Origin: an uncultured Pelagibacteraceae bacterium
GTDB lineage: Bacteria; Pseudomonadota; Alphaproteobacteria; Pelagibacterales; Pelagibacteraceae
NCBI GenBank assembly: GCA_902537905.1
Contig: CACBDD010000001.1
Coordinates: 1-60,489, forward strand
DNA: 60,489 bases
Direction of reading: 5' to 3'
The notes under the pieces: model-generated
The model's database searches: none
Seen by the model: only the letters and a program-made list of their open reading frames with translations
Told to the model about the DNA's origin: nothing
Position numbers and translations under genes: made by a program
In this document: positions 29,085 to 39,178 of the stretch, one piece after another
Layout of the letters: each line of letters opens with the position of its first letter
Position numbering within the stretch: the stretch's first letter is position 1

Positions 29085-30158
29085 ATGGATAAAAATAAGT
29101 ACCTGGTACTTTTACCTGGTATTATACTTGCATTCGTTCTTTACACTCTATCGCAAGGTTTTAATAATATTATAGGTACCGAGTTATTAGGATATGAGAA
29201 AAGTCCTATATCCACTGCAATGATAGCAATCCTTTTAGGAATGTTCTTTGGAAATATTTTTAAAATTAGAGAAAGTTTTGTGAGAGGTTTAGATTTTACA
29301 CAAAAAAATATTTTAAAACTTGGAATAATTTGCCTAGGTATTCAATTAAAACCTTTTGAGTTTCTAGAATTTGGTTCAATTGCTATTCCTTTAATAGTGA
29401 TTTGTATAGTAAGTGTATTAGTAGTCATTAAACTTTTAATTAATAAATTAAAAATTCCTAGAAATATGGCCTATCTAATTTCTATAGGAAGTACAGTATG
29501 TGGAACAACAGCTATAATGGCAACTGCTCCCGTTATTGGTGCAAAAAAAAATGAGATATCTTATGCAATTGCAAACATCACTTTGTTTGGAATTCTTTCA
29601 ATGTTGATTTATCCATATTTTGCAAATTTTTATTTTGATGGTGAGCCACTTTTAATTGGTTTGTTTTTGGGTACTTCTATCCATGAAACTGCTCAAGTAG
29701 CAGCTTCTGGATTAATCTACGATCAGCAATTCAATAGCCCAGAAACATTAAATATTGCAACAGTTACTAAACTAATAAGAAATACCTTTTTGATTATTAT
29801 GATACCCTTGTTTGCGTATCTTTATAACAGAGGCCAATCTAAAGAAAAAAAATACTCAATTATTGATATTTTTCCCTATTTTGTACTAGGTTTTGTTGCA
29901 ATGATTATTGTTCGAAATGTTGGTGATCAACTGTTTATTTCAAACAATAGTGAACTTTGGCTTAGTACTGTTGATGGTATTAAATCTTTATCAAAAATAT
30001 TTCTCACAATGGCAATGGCAGCAATTGGTATGTCTACAAATTTAAGAGATATAAAAAATATGGGATACAAACCTTTTGTTGTTGGTTTTGTAGGTATGGC
30101 AACGGTAGGATTGGTTAGTATTACAACTATAGAATTATATTTAAATTTTTTTAATTAA
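29085..30158 (+). CDS. YeiH/PSE-family putative sulfate exporter (TauZ/SuyZ-like)
   Basis: GSTVCGTTAIMA, GTSIHETAQV and KLIRN motifs; follows suyAB. Confidence 0.85.
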   Translation: MDKNKYLVLLPGIILAFVLYTLSQGFNNIIGTELLGYEKSPISTAMIAILLGMFFGNIFKIRESFVRGLDFTQKNILKLGIICLGIQLKPFEFLEFGSIAIPLIVICIVSVLVVIKLLINKLKIPRNMAYLISIGSTVCGTTAIMATAPVIGAKKNEISYAIANITLFGILSMLIYPYFANFYFDGEPLLIGLFLGTSIHETAQVAASGLIYDQQFNSPETLNIATVTKLIRNTFLIIMIPLFAYLYNRGQSKEKKYSIIDIFPYFVLGFVAMIIVRNVGDQLFISNNSELWLSTVDGIKSLSKIFLTMAMAAIGMSTNLRDIKNMGYKPFVVGFVGMATVGLVSITTIELYLNFFN

Positions 30159-31234
30159 GATTTAACTAATATTTTTTTTCTAAAGTTTGAGATAAATCGT
30201 CTTATAAAAGCTGCTCCAACACCTAAAATAATTGCAAACATAATTGTAAATAGTCCATAAAAGAATGGCATCTCTTTAGAAAAATCAACTATAAATTGAG
30301 AAAAGAAATTTAAATCTGAACTAGTTGCTTTAGCTGCTCCATTTATAATTTTTTCTGCAAAGAAAGTATCGTATGCTATCGCTATACCCACTAACAGTAA
30401 TAAAATTGCTAATAAAGCTCTTAAACCAGAACTATCGATTCTTTCTCCTAATTTTTGCCCTACCTGAACTCCTATGATAGATCCTACAACTAACATAAGA
30501 ACTAGTAATAAATCTATAGATCCATAATTAAAAGAATGAAGAAAAGTAACAACTACACTTACAAATATTGTTACAAACAAAGATGTACCTGGAACTAATT
30601 TAGTGGGCATTTTAATTATATAAATCATTGCTGGAACTAAAATAAACGCACCTCCTATTCCCATGATGGCTGCGATAAAACCAACTAATAGACCAATTAT
30701 AATTGGAGTAAAAATACTCTCATATAATTTAGACTTTGGGAATCTCATTCTTAAAGGAAGGCCATGTATCCAATAATGAACATGTAATTTTTTTTTAACA
30801 GTAACGTTTCTTTTTGCTTTATCTATTTCACCCAAACTTTCGACAAGCATTAAAGTTCCAATTATTGCTAATATATACATATAAGCCAGAGAGATAACTG
30901 TATCAATTTTTCCAATACCTTTAAAATATGTAAATGTATAAATTCCTAAAGAAGTTCCAATCACACCTCCTATCACAATCATTGAACCCATTTTATAATC
31001 TAAAGTATTTTTTAAATAATGTGTCGTAGATCCAGAAACTGAAGTAGCTAAAATATTATTTGCTTCATTTGCAACTGCATATGCAGGAGGTATTCCTAAA
31101 AAAATTAGAAAAGGTGTCATTAAAAAACCACCACCAACACCAAATAAACCTGAAAGCACTCCAACAATAGCACTTAATAAAAGTATCTCGATAGGGTTAA
31201 CAAAAACTTGAGCTATCGGTAAAAATACTTCCAT
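30155..31234 (-). CDS. TauE/SafE-family sulfite exporter
   Basis: GLFGVGGGFLMTP and MGIGGAFILVP internal repeats. Confidence 0.87.
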   Translation of the reverse strand: MEVFLPIAQVFVNPIEILLLSAIVGVLSGLFGVGGGFLMTPFLIFLGIPPAYAVANEANNILATSVSGSTTHYLKNTLDYKMGSMIVIGGVIGTSLGIYTFTYFKGIGKIDTVISLAYMYILAIIGTLMLVESLGEIDKAKRNVTVKKKLHVHYWIHGLPLRMRFPKSKLYESIFTPIIIGLLVGFIAAIMGIGGAFILVPAMIYIIKMPTKLVPGTSLFVTIFVSVVVTFLHSFNYGSIDLLLVLMLVVGSIIGVQVGQKLGERIDSSGLRALLAILLLLVGIAIAYDTFFAEKIINGAAKATSSDLNFFSQFIVDFSKEMPFFYGLFTIMFAIILGVGAAFIRRFISNFRKKILVKS

Positions 31235-31263
31235 AAAAAATTTAAATGTTGTTAAAAAACAAC

Positions 31264-31410
31264 TTAGTTAAAAGTGATAAAAGTTCCAACTAAAATCACT
31301 CCCCAGTAAGCTGTTAAGCTAGCTATAATTCCTGCCTTAATAAATGTAGTTTTAAAATTTGAGAGTTTGTTTATAATTTTTACGTTAGAAAGTAACATTA
31401 AATCCGTCAT
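31264..31410 (-). CDS. Possible small membrane protein
   Basis: C-terminal hydrophobic helix FIKAGIIASLTAYWGVILVGTFITFN; start codon uncertain. Confidence 0.4.
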   Translation of the reverse strand: MTDLMLLSNVKIINKLSNFKTTFIKAGIIASLTAYWGVILVGTFITFN

Positions 31411-31466
31411 TACACCCACAACGAAATTTGTCAAACAATTATTTATTATCAAGCAATTTTTTTTAC

Positions 31467-31817
31467 CTAATAGATGGTAGCCCCAAAAACTTTAATTGTA
31501 TCGTCCTCAACTCCTAAAACCAATCTTCCAAGGAACTCTCCTGGGATCTCTTTATTTGTCTGTTTAATTAGAACGGTTATATGATCTCCTCTTCTAAGAC
31601 ATCCAAATGGTTCGAAAGTCTCTTTAAGATTAGTAATAAGCTTGTTATTGGCCCACTGCTTACCAAGCTCTACTTCATTAGCACCAAAAAGCATTTGAGT
31701 GGAAAAATCTTTAGTGAATCCACCATAATCTTTGAGATTAGATGATTTAACCAAATTATCCCAAATTGGTTTGGCTAATTCATATATTTCATCATCTGTT
31801 TTAGATAAAATATCCAT
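31467..31817 (-). CDS. Hypothetical protein, NTF2/SnoaL-like fold suspected
   Basis: Helix-then-beta pattern (IWDNL...DY..F..DFS...GEFLGRLVL); 21 bp downstream of aprA. Confidence 0.7.
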   Translation of the reverse strand: MDILSKTDDEIYELAKPIWDNLVKSSNLKDYGGFTKDFSTQMLFGANEVELGKQWANNKLITNLKETFEPFGCLRRGDHITVLIKQTNKEIPGEFLGRLVLGVEDDTIKVFGATIY

Positions 31818-31838
31818 GTGATTTAATTAAATTGTCTA

Positions 31839-33698
31839 CTAAGAAGCTTTTTTCTTCTCGTTCTCATCCACTATGTGGTAGACAGGAACTTTCTCCATAC
31901 TAAATTTGCCAGTTTTTGGATCTCTTCTAGAAACTGTTAAGCAATGCCAATTATCATCATCAAGTTTCATGTGATCACCTCTGTAATAGTATCCTGGCCA
32001 TCTAGTTTCTTCTCTAAACATTGTGTGCTCTGTTACACATTGAGAGGTTAGAGCTCTATGTTTAAGTTCCCATGCTCTCATAAGCTGGTGATAATCCTCA
32101 GCTCCAACATTTTCAAGATCTTCCTCAAGCCAAGCTAACAACTCTAATCCTCTTTTTAACATATTAGCATTAGTCATGTAATTTGTAGCTATTCCACCTA
32201 CATATTCATCCATTATTCTTTGTAAACGCTGTAAGCCTTGAATAGGTGAAATATAGCTTGGAGATACAGTTCCTCCAGTAATCTCATTTTGAGCAACTGT
32301 GTAGTTTTCTAAAGGTTTATAAACTTTAACTTTAAAATCTTCACATTGTTTGTCTGATACCTTTAAGCCCTCAGCCTTTTTGTCCTCAATGTATTTTACA
32401 GCTGCTTTTGCAGCTAATCTACCTTCAGTAAATGAGCCTGAAGAAAATTTGTGAGCGCTTCCACCTACAGTATCACCGGCTCCAAATAGTCCGTCAATTG
32501 TTAGCATTCTGTTATAGCCCCAGAAGTACTCTGGTGGAGACAAGTCCTCTGGTCCGCTTACCCAAGCTCCAGAGCAAGTAGCATGAGAACCCATTACGTA
32601 TGGTTCTGAAGTTGTTAATTCAGGATTTGTATATTTCGGGTCAATGTTTTGAGATGCCCAAACAACAGCTTGACCAACAGTCATTCCTAAGAAATTTTCC
32701 CAACCAACAGTTTCTAAATGTGGGTCTTGAAAAGCCTCAGTAGTAACCATATGAATTGGCCCACCACCCGCCATTGTTTCTTGAATAAAAGCATGATTTC
32801 TTAAACACGTAGGTGTTGGATGGTGATCTATATATTCACCTACTAATTCTTTAGTTTGGTCATACCATTTCTTCTCGTAGTTTTCACCGTTTGCATTTTG
32901 TGTATATGTTTTTAAATGTAAGAAGTAAGCTCCAACAGGTCCATATCCATCTTTAAATCTACATAATACAATTCTATTTTCCATTTGAGTCATTTTAGCA
33001 CCAGCTGCAATTGGTAATGCATATGCTGAACCATTGCTCCAAGGAGCATACCAAGTTCTTCCCATTCCTTCTCCAACAGCTCTAGGCTTAAATATGTGTG
33101 AAGCTCCTCCTGCTGCAACAATTACAGCCTTTGCTCTAAATACATGGAAATCGCCTGTTCTCATATTAAATCCAACAGCTCCACCAACTCTATTCTCTTG
33201 AGCCTCATCCATTAAAAGATGAGTGATCATAATTCTATTATAAATTTTGTCCGCAGATTTTTTTGCTGCTTCTGCAACAATTGGCTTATAACTTTCACCG
33301 TGGATCATTATCTGCCACTTACCTTCTCTTAAATATCTTCCGGTCTCTTCATTTTTCATCATAGGAAGACCCCATTCATCAAACATATGAACAGTTGAAT
33401 CTACATGACGAGCCATGTCATATCCTAAATCTTCTCTAACCATTCCCATCAAATCATTTCGTGCGTATCTGACGTGATCTTCAGGTTGATTTTCACCCCA
33501 CTGCATACCCATGTAACAGTTAATTGCGTAAAGACCTTGAGCCACTGCCCCACTTCTATCAATGTTTGCTTTTTCAACACAAACAATTTTCATATCTCTG
33601 CCCCAGTGCCTCGCTTCAAAAGTTGCACCAGTACCAGCCATACCTCCACCAACAACTAATACATCGCAGTCTTCGTAATGAGTTTTGTGCTTAGCCAT
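31839..33698 (-). CDS. aprA: Adenylylsulfate reductase alpha subunit
   Basis: RSGAVAQGL.AINCY, WQIMIHGESYK, HKFSSGS and REETRWPG.YYR.D. Confidence 0.97.
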   Translation of the reverse strand: MAKHKTHYEDCDVLVVGGGMAGTGATFEARHWGRDMKIVCVEKANIDRSGAVAQGLYAINCYMGMQWGENQPEDHVRYARNDLMGMVREDLGYDMARHVDSTVHMFDEWGLPMMKNEETGRYLREGKWQIMIHGESYKPIVAEAAKKSADKIYNRIMITHLLMDEAQENRVGGAVGFNMRTGDFHVFRAKAVIVAAGGASHIFKPRAVGEGMGRTWYAPWSNGSAYALPIAAGAKMTQMENRIVLCRFKDGYGPVGAYFLHLKTYTQNANGENYEKKWYDQTKELVGEYIDHHPTPTCLRNHAFIQETMAGGGPIHMVTTEAFQDPHLETVGWENFLGMTVGQAVVWASQNIDPKYTNPELTTSEPYVMGSHATCSGAWVSGPEDLSPPEYFWGYNRMLTIDGLFGAGDTVGGSAHKFSSGSFTEGRLAAKAAVKYIEDKKAEGLKVSDKQCEDFKVKVYKPLENYTVAQNEITGGTVSPSYISPIQGLQRLQRIMDEYVGGIATNYMTNANMLKRGLELLAWLEEDLENVGAEDYHQLMRAWELKHRALTSQCVTEHTMFREETRWPGYYYRGDHMKLDDDNWHCLTVSRRDPKTGKFSMEKVPVYHIVDENEKKKAS

Positions 33699-34168
33699 TA
33701 GTAATAAACTCCTTTTTTAAAGGACTCTTTTGGAACTGCAGGAAGTTCACCATCGATATTTAGTCCTTCAGGTTCAGTGTATAATCTTTGTGAATTTAAT
33801 TCTCCTTGTTTAATTTTTTCACCATCTGCAAGTTTAGGAATAAATTTTCCCCATGGTTTTGTTGTTATTGGCGAAACAAAGTCTTTTGTTGTTCCATTTC
33901 TAAATTTAATTTTCCAAGAAATAGTTCCTTTTTCTTCCTCACGTCTTACTCTAACGCTATGTCCCATTGGAGCAAAATCTGCATAACCTCTTACGTCAAT
34001 CGCATGATTTGGGCATGCTTTTACACATGAATAACATTCCCAACAAAAATTTGGTTCTATATTTTTTGCACGTCTAATATTTTCATCAATGTGCATTATA
34101 TCTGATGGACAAATATCTACGCAGTGACCGCATCCATCACATCTAGTCATATATACAAAAGTTGACAT
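33698..34168 (-). CDS. aprB: Adenylylsulfate reductase beta subunit
   Basis: CDGCGHCVDICPSDIM and CWECYSCVKACP ferredoxin motifs; RGYADF. Confidence 0.97.
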   Translation of the reverse strand: MSTFVYMTRCDGCGHCVDICPSDIMHIDENIRRAKNIEPNFCWECYSCVKACPNHAIDVRGYADFAPMGHSVRVRREEEKGTISWKIKFRNGTTKDFVSPITTKPWGKFIPKLADGEKIKQGELNSQRLYTEPEGLNIDGELPAVPKESFKKGVYY

Positions 34169-34199
34169 AATTTATTTTCTTTCCTTTTTTGTTATCATA

Positions 34200-34994
34200 T
34201 TAATAATGTTTTGGCTCTTCTCTTTTTATTCCTAGGCCAAATTGCTCAGGCGCATCCGCTGGAGGTGGTAAATTATCTCTAGAACCGTCTGCTTCAGCCA
34301 AATTTTTCTGTATTGCTGCTCCAGGCTTATAGAACATGTGAGCAAATTTCGACCAATAAACTCCACCAAATAAAACTAAATTAGAAACTACAAACAATGC
34401 AAAAAATAAGAATGATAAACCTACTTGACCATTAAATTGGGTATAAGACCAAGCTAGTCCAAAAGTTGAACATGCTAATAATGCTAGAACAAACAAATCA
34501 GCTTTAATAATTCTATACCAAGGGTGTGCTTCGGCAGAAACATCTACTCTTAAAAAAAACCAAAACCAAAATCCACCAACACATGTAAGTATTGCGCCTA
34601 CATGCCATAACATTGACCACAATGTAGAAGAAGTTTTATCTGCACCTGTATAACAAAACACTAACATTGCTGAAGCAATCCAAAAGATTATAGTTCCATA
34701 CATACCAAGAACATGCGCTAACCTTCTTTTTCCAAAACCTAATTCTGATGTTGTTCCAATGTCATAAACAGTAGTCTTAGCAATAATTTTTGCCTTCTCA
34801 GCAGCTCCAACCTCTCTTGTTGCCTGCAATTTTGCTTTTTTTGCATTGTTAAAGAAATAAGTTAAATTTTTGTGGTGTATCATCTGAATAATTGTTCCAA
34901 AAACAATTAAAAGAACCATTGCAATTATAAAACCTTGCATAACAACAGTAGGAACTACTTCTGATAATAACAAAAATGGATTTGTTTCAAGCAT
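34200..34994 (-). CDS. aprM: APS reductase membrane anchor
   Basis: Multi-TM protein with WSKFAHMFYKP, directly upstream of aprB. Confidence 0.9.
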   Translation of the reverse strand: MLETNPFLLLSEVVPTVVMQGFIIAMVLLIVFGTIIQMIHHKNLTYFFNNAKKAKLQATREVGAAEKAKIIAKTTVYDIGTTSELGFGKRRLAHVLGMYGTIIFWIASAMLVFCYTGADKTSSTLWSMLWHVGAILTCVGGFWFWFFLRVDVSAEAHPWYRIIKADLFVLALLACSTFGLAWSYTQFNGQVGLSFLFFALFVVSNLVLFGGVYWSKFAHMFYKPGAAIQKNLAEADGSRDNLPPPADAPEQFGLGIKREEPKHY

Positions 34995-35107
34995 TTTACC
35001 CTTATGTATAATTATTTTAAATAATTTTAAAGTTTTCTAATCTAGATAACCCATCATATCAACAAAAACTATTGATAAATTTGTCTTTAATAACAATTAA
35101 AAAATAT

Positions 35108-35503
35108 TTACTTTCTTTTGTAATGTTGTTTTTTTGGGATCACAGATCTAACTCCGCCTTGAGGATTCTCCACATCCCCTTCTCTTCTTGGGATTAAATG
35201 AATATGACAATGCATAATTGATTGGCCTGCAGATTTTCCTGCATTTGTGCCTATATTGAAACCTTTAACACTAGAATCTTGTTTTAAAATTTTTTCTTTA
35301 GTTTTTAAGATCAACTCGTTACATGCCTGAATTTCATCTTTAGTAAGCTCAAAATATGTCTCAATATGTCTTTTGGGAACGATAAGACTATGAAATTGTG
35401 AGACAGGGTAACTATCTGTGGATGAATAAGCCAATTGGTTTTCAAACTGAAGCTCCTCTTTCCTGATTTTACAAAATATACAAGGGTTGTTTGGATCTTT
35501 CAT
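35108..35503 (-). CDS. HIT-family nucleotide hydrolase/transferase
   Basis: CIFC, HSLIVPKRH and histidine triad HCHIHLIPR. Confidence 0.92.
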   Translation of the reverse strand: MKDPNNPCIFCKIRKEELQFENQLAYSSTDSYPVSQFHSLIVPKRHIETYFELTKDEIQACNELILKTKEKILKQDSSVKGFNIGTNAGKSAGQSIMHCHIHLIPRREGDVENPQGGVRSVIPKKQHYKRK

Positions 35504-35505
35504 AT

Positions 35506-36249
35506 TTAAACAAGAGAGTTATATATTTTATTTAACTTAGTGTAGCAAACAATCTTTCTTCTCTTCCATTTAAGATCGTTTATTTTTGATACTGATGTTA
35601 CACCTTTGCCAGATCCAATTAAAATTATTTCTTCGTAATCATTAATTGATTTTATTGAAATATCTTCGAAATTAATTTTAATTTTCTTGCTTATAAATTT
35701 AAGTGTGTTTCCAAAATAACAATTTTTTTTAGGTGAATAAATCTTTCCATTTTTCACAAAAACTAAATTTGAAGTACCAGTTTCCAAAATTCTTTCATCT
35801 GCTATTAAAGCAATATCAAATTTAGATGAGTCAACTTTGCTTAATTTTGCTAATATTTTTTTATAATAGAGATTTTTATAATTTGGTTCTACTCGTTTAT
35901 ATTTAAACAATAAAAGATTAAAATTACTTTTTGGTTTTGGTCTTTTTCTAATTGAGACTGATATCAGTTTTTTATTTAATGCTATACGAAATAAGTTATC
36001 AGGACCTTTGTATAGAGTATTTTTCTTAATTAAATTTTTAATAATGTTTTTTAAATCGTCTTTTCTTATTCCATATTTTTTTGTAGATTTTATTAAATTC
36101 TCTAAATGTTGTTTTAGCAGAATTAACTTAGGAGGTTTTCCAACCATTCGCATTGTGGTAAATACACCTCTGGAACCCCAAAGATCTTTGAAATTAACTT
36201 CTTTAAGATTACTAAGCTGATAAGATTTTTTTAATAAGAGTGTTGCCAT
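35506..36249 (-). CDS. pabC: Class IV aminotransferase-like protein, probably aminodeoxychorismate lyase
   Basis: GVFTTMR, H..NL, YKNL, ETGTSNL and GSGKGV; clustered with pabA and pabB. Confidence 0.7.
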   Translation of the reverse strand: MATLLLKKSYQLSNLKEVNFKDLWGSRGVFTTMRMVGKPPKLILLKQHLENLIKSTKKYGIRKDDLKNIIKNLIKKNTLYKGPDNLFRIALNKKLISVSIRKRPKPKSNFNLLLFKYKRVEPNYKNLYYKKILAKLSKVDSSKFDIALIADERILETGTSNLVFVKNGKIYSPKKNCYFGNTLKFISKKIKINFEDISIKSINDYEEIILIGSGKGVTSVSKINDLKWKRRKIVCYTKLNKIYNSLV

Positions 36250-36769
36250 TTTCTGTTAAAAAAGATTCTGGATGAAATTGAAATCCATATATTTTATTTT
36301 GGTTATCCTCAAGGCCCATAGGTATTTTTGTTTTACTGCATCGCATAGTTATTTTAATTGAATTCGATTTAAATGGCTCCATTAATTTTAATGAGTGATA
36401 TCTTCCTACTTTAAACTGTTGATTGTTTTTAAAAATTTTACTGTGATTATTTGTTTTTATTTTAGATTGAAAGCCATGATATATTTTTTTTTGCTGTATT
36501 ATTTTGCCTCCTTCATTATGCAAAATCATTTGATATCCAAGACAAATACCAATAATTTTTTTCTTTCCTTTGTATTTTTTATAAATTTTGGAAGTAGTGG
36601 GATAATCTTTTGGTGATCCAGGTCCTGGAGATAAAACAATCACATCACTTTTATCAAGTAATTTATAATTTACCTCATAATAGTTTGTGCAAATTACTTT
36701 ATTAAATTTTGCAAATTGATGAACAACATTCCAAGTGAAAGAATCTTGGTGATCAATTATGTAAATCAT
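36212..36769 (-). CDS. pabA: Glutamine amidotransferase, ADC/anthranilate synthase component II
   Basis: DSFTWN, SPGPGSP, GICLG, RYHS and QFHPES. Confidence 0.85.
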   Translation of the reverse strand: MIYIIDHQDSFTWNVVHQFAKFNKVICTNYYEVNYKLLDKSDVIVLSPGPGSPKDYPTTSKIYKKYKGKKKIIGICLGYQMILHNEGGKIIQQKKIYHGFQSKIKTNNHSKIFKNNQQFKVGRYHSLKLMEPFKSNSIKITMRCSKTKIPMGLEDNQNKIYGFQFHPESFLTENGNTLIKKILSA

Positions 36770-37980
36770 TTAAATAACTCCAATAAAGATTTTGCTTTAA
36801 TATAATTTTCGTTAAATTCCTTTTTTGGTGAACTATCTAATACTACACCAGATGCAGCTGAAATTTCTGATTGATTTTTATAATTTAATATAGATCTAAT
36901 TATAATATTAAACTTCATATCTTGATTAAACTTAATGAATCCAAAACTTCCTGTGAAAATATTTCTACTTTCTTTTTCTTGCTTGTTTAAAAGTTCTAGA
37001 GTTCTAATTTTAGGGCAGCCTATTACAGATCCTCCTGGCATCATTGCTTTAATGATATCAATTAATTTTGTGTTTTTATTTAATGTTCCACCAATTGAAG
37101 TCACATAATGGAAAAGATGCTTGTATTCCTCGACATATTTTTTTTTAAGTATTTTTACACTTCCCGGTTTACAAATTTTGGATAAATCACTTCTTTCCAT
37201 GTCAACTATCATATTGTGTTCTTTGGTTTCTTTCTCATTATTTTTAAAATATCTAAGAGCTATATTTTTATTTGATAATAATTTTTTCTTAAAAGTCCCA
37301 GCTATTGGTTTGGTAATTATTTTATTTTTTTTCTTATCTATTAATGTTTCTGGAGAACAGCTTACAATAGAGTAATCCTTATCTTTAATCATAAATGACT
37401 CTGGGGATGCATTAACGCGCATTAGTTTCCAAAAAAAATTAACAGGATTTATTAATGATTTATTCTTATATTTTGTACAAATTTTAATTTGATAGGTCTC
37501 ACCTTGTCTTATTTTTTTTGCAAATAATTCAAATATTTTTCTATATTTTGCATAAGAAATATTAATCTTAAAAGGACTTAGTATTTGAGTTTTATTGAAT
37601 TGATAATTGAAGGTGTGTCTTTTGATATTAGATATAACTTTAATATCTTTTCTAATTTTAATTATTGTCTCAGGTTTATAAAAAATTCCTTTATAAAAAT
37701 TTATTCTTTTTTTATTTTTTAAATTAATACCAATTAAATTACATAAAATTTCATAACCAAAAAAACCAAGATATAAATCTGTTTCTTTTTTATATTTTTT
37801 TTTCTCTACAGATTTAAGAAATTTATGTATGTTTTTTTTTGTTAAAATGATCTTTTTAGAAAAATCAGTATAAATATTGTATCCATCATCTGTCTTATAG
37901 ATTATTAAAGGCTTATCTGATTGATACAGATCCTCTAAATAAGGGTTGAACTTAAACTTATGCTGGCTGAGTTCTTTCAA
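36766..37980 (-). CDS. pabB: Chorismate-binding ADC synthase component I
   Basis: SPE, PIAGT, EHNMIVDMERSDL and PGGSVIGCPK. Confidence 0.82.
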   Translation of the reverse strand: MKELSQHKFKFNPYLEDLYQSDKPLIIYKTDDGYNIYTDFSKKIILTKKNIHKFLKSVEKKKYKKETDLYLGFFGYEILCNLIGINLKNKKRINFYKGIFYKPETIIKIRKDIKVISNIKRHTFNYQFNKTQILSPFKINISYAKYRKIFELFAKKIRQGETYQIKICTKYKNKSLINPVNFFWKLMRVNASPESFMIKDKDYSIVSCSPETLIDKKKNKIITKPIAGTFKKKLLSNKNIALRYFKNNEKETKEHNMIVDMERSDLSKICKPGSVKILKKKYVEEYKHLFHYVTSIGGTLNKNTKLIDIIKAMMPGGSVIGCPKIRTLELLNKQEKESRNIFTGSFGFIKFNQDMKFNIIIRSILNYKNQSEISAASGVVLDSSPKKEFNENYIKAKSLLELFK

Positions 37981-39178
37981 TTGCTTTCTCTACTATAGGT
38001 AAATGTATCAGACCTGCAAATAATGATAATGCGATAGATCCGTACCATGCATAGTCAAAATTTCCATTTAATTCATAAAATACACCACCTAGATATGCTC
38101 CTAGGAAAGAACCAATTTGATGGCTTACGAAAACTATCCCATATAAAAGTCCAACGTATTTTGTACCAAATATATGAGCAACAATTCCATTTGTTGGAGG
38201 AACTGTAGATAGCCATAAAAAACCAAAAGTAACACCAAAAACAACTGAATTAAATATACTTGGCGGTAAGAAAATAAAATAGATAATTGAAAATCCTCTT
38301 AAAAGGTAAATTGCACTTAATATTTTTTTCTTACTATACCTCGTTGCTAAATAACCACTTGTAATTGTGCCTGCCATATTAAATACACCGATTAAAGCTA
38401 GAACCATTGCAGGTGTCCAGTCAGGTAAACCTCTGTCTGCCATATATGTAGGAATATGTGTTGCTACTAAAGCAATATGCCAACCACAAACAAAAAAGCC
38501 TAAAGTAAGATAAATAAAACTTTTGTTTGCAAATGCCTCTTTTAAAGCTTCACTTGCAGTTTGACTATTATCTTGATTGACTCCTGCAGGTATTTTTGGA
38601 GTACTAATAAATAAAGATGCTATCAATCCAACTCCTAAGAGAAGGCTAAAATACAAAAGAGTATTTTCCCAACCTATTTCAACTAAAGAATATCTTACAA
38701 GTAAAGGTGAAACAAAATATCCAAAAGACCCTGCACAAGTAACTATACCTGTTGCAATAGTTCTGTTAGAGGCTGGAAAATGTTTTGCTACAACTGATAC
38801 TGGGACACCAATTGCTGTGGAACCTAACCCAATTCCGATCATTACTCCTATGGTTAGGGTAAAATAACCTCCAGTATTAAAACCAGAATAAAAAAATAAA
38901 ATCCCTACTAAATAAAAAACAAAGCCAACAAATATTGCAACTGCTCCTCCATACTTATCAGTGATTACACCAAATAATGGGCTGAATACTCCCCAAAGCA
39001 ATAACTGCAAACCCATAACAAATCCAAAGTGAGAAATAGAAATGTCTAAGTCAGTATTGAAATCAAAATAAAACAAACCAAAAGTCTGTCTTATACCTAA
39101 AGAAATTATTACTACTATAGACGCTGCTATTAAAGTAACTAATGCCTTTTTACTTATAATAAAATTTTCCGAACTCAT
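37958..39178 (-). CDS. MFS transporter
   Basis: 12 TM helices; DKYG, WLSTVPPT and SHQIGSFLG. Confidence 0.9.
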   Translation of the reverse strand: MSSENFIISKKALVTLIAASIVVIISLGIRQTFGLFYFDFNTDLDISISHFGFVMGLQLLLWGVFSPLFGVITDKYGGAVAIFVGFVFYLVGILFFYSGFNTGGYFTLTIGVMIGIGLGSTAIGVPVSVVAKHFPASNRTIATGIVTCAGSFGYFVSPLLVRYSLVEIGWENTLLYFSLLLGVGLIASLFISTPKIPAGVNQDNSQTASEALKEAFANKSFIYLTLGFFVCGWHIALVATHIPTYMADRGLPDWTPAMVLALIGVFNMAGTITSGYLATRYSKKKILSAIYLLRGFSIIYFIFLPPSIFNSVVFGVTFGFLWLSTVPPTNGIVAHIFGTKYVGLLYGIVFVSHQIGSFLGAYLGGVFYELNGNFDYAWYGSIALSLFAGLIHLPIVEKAIERTQPA

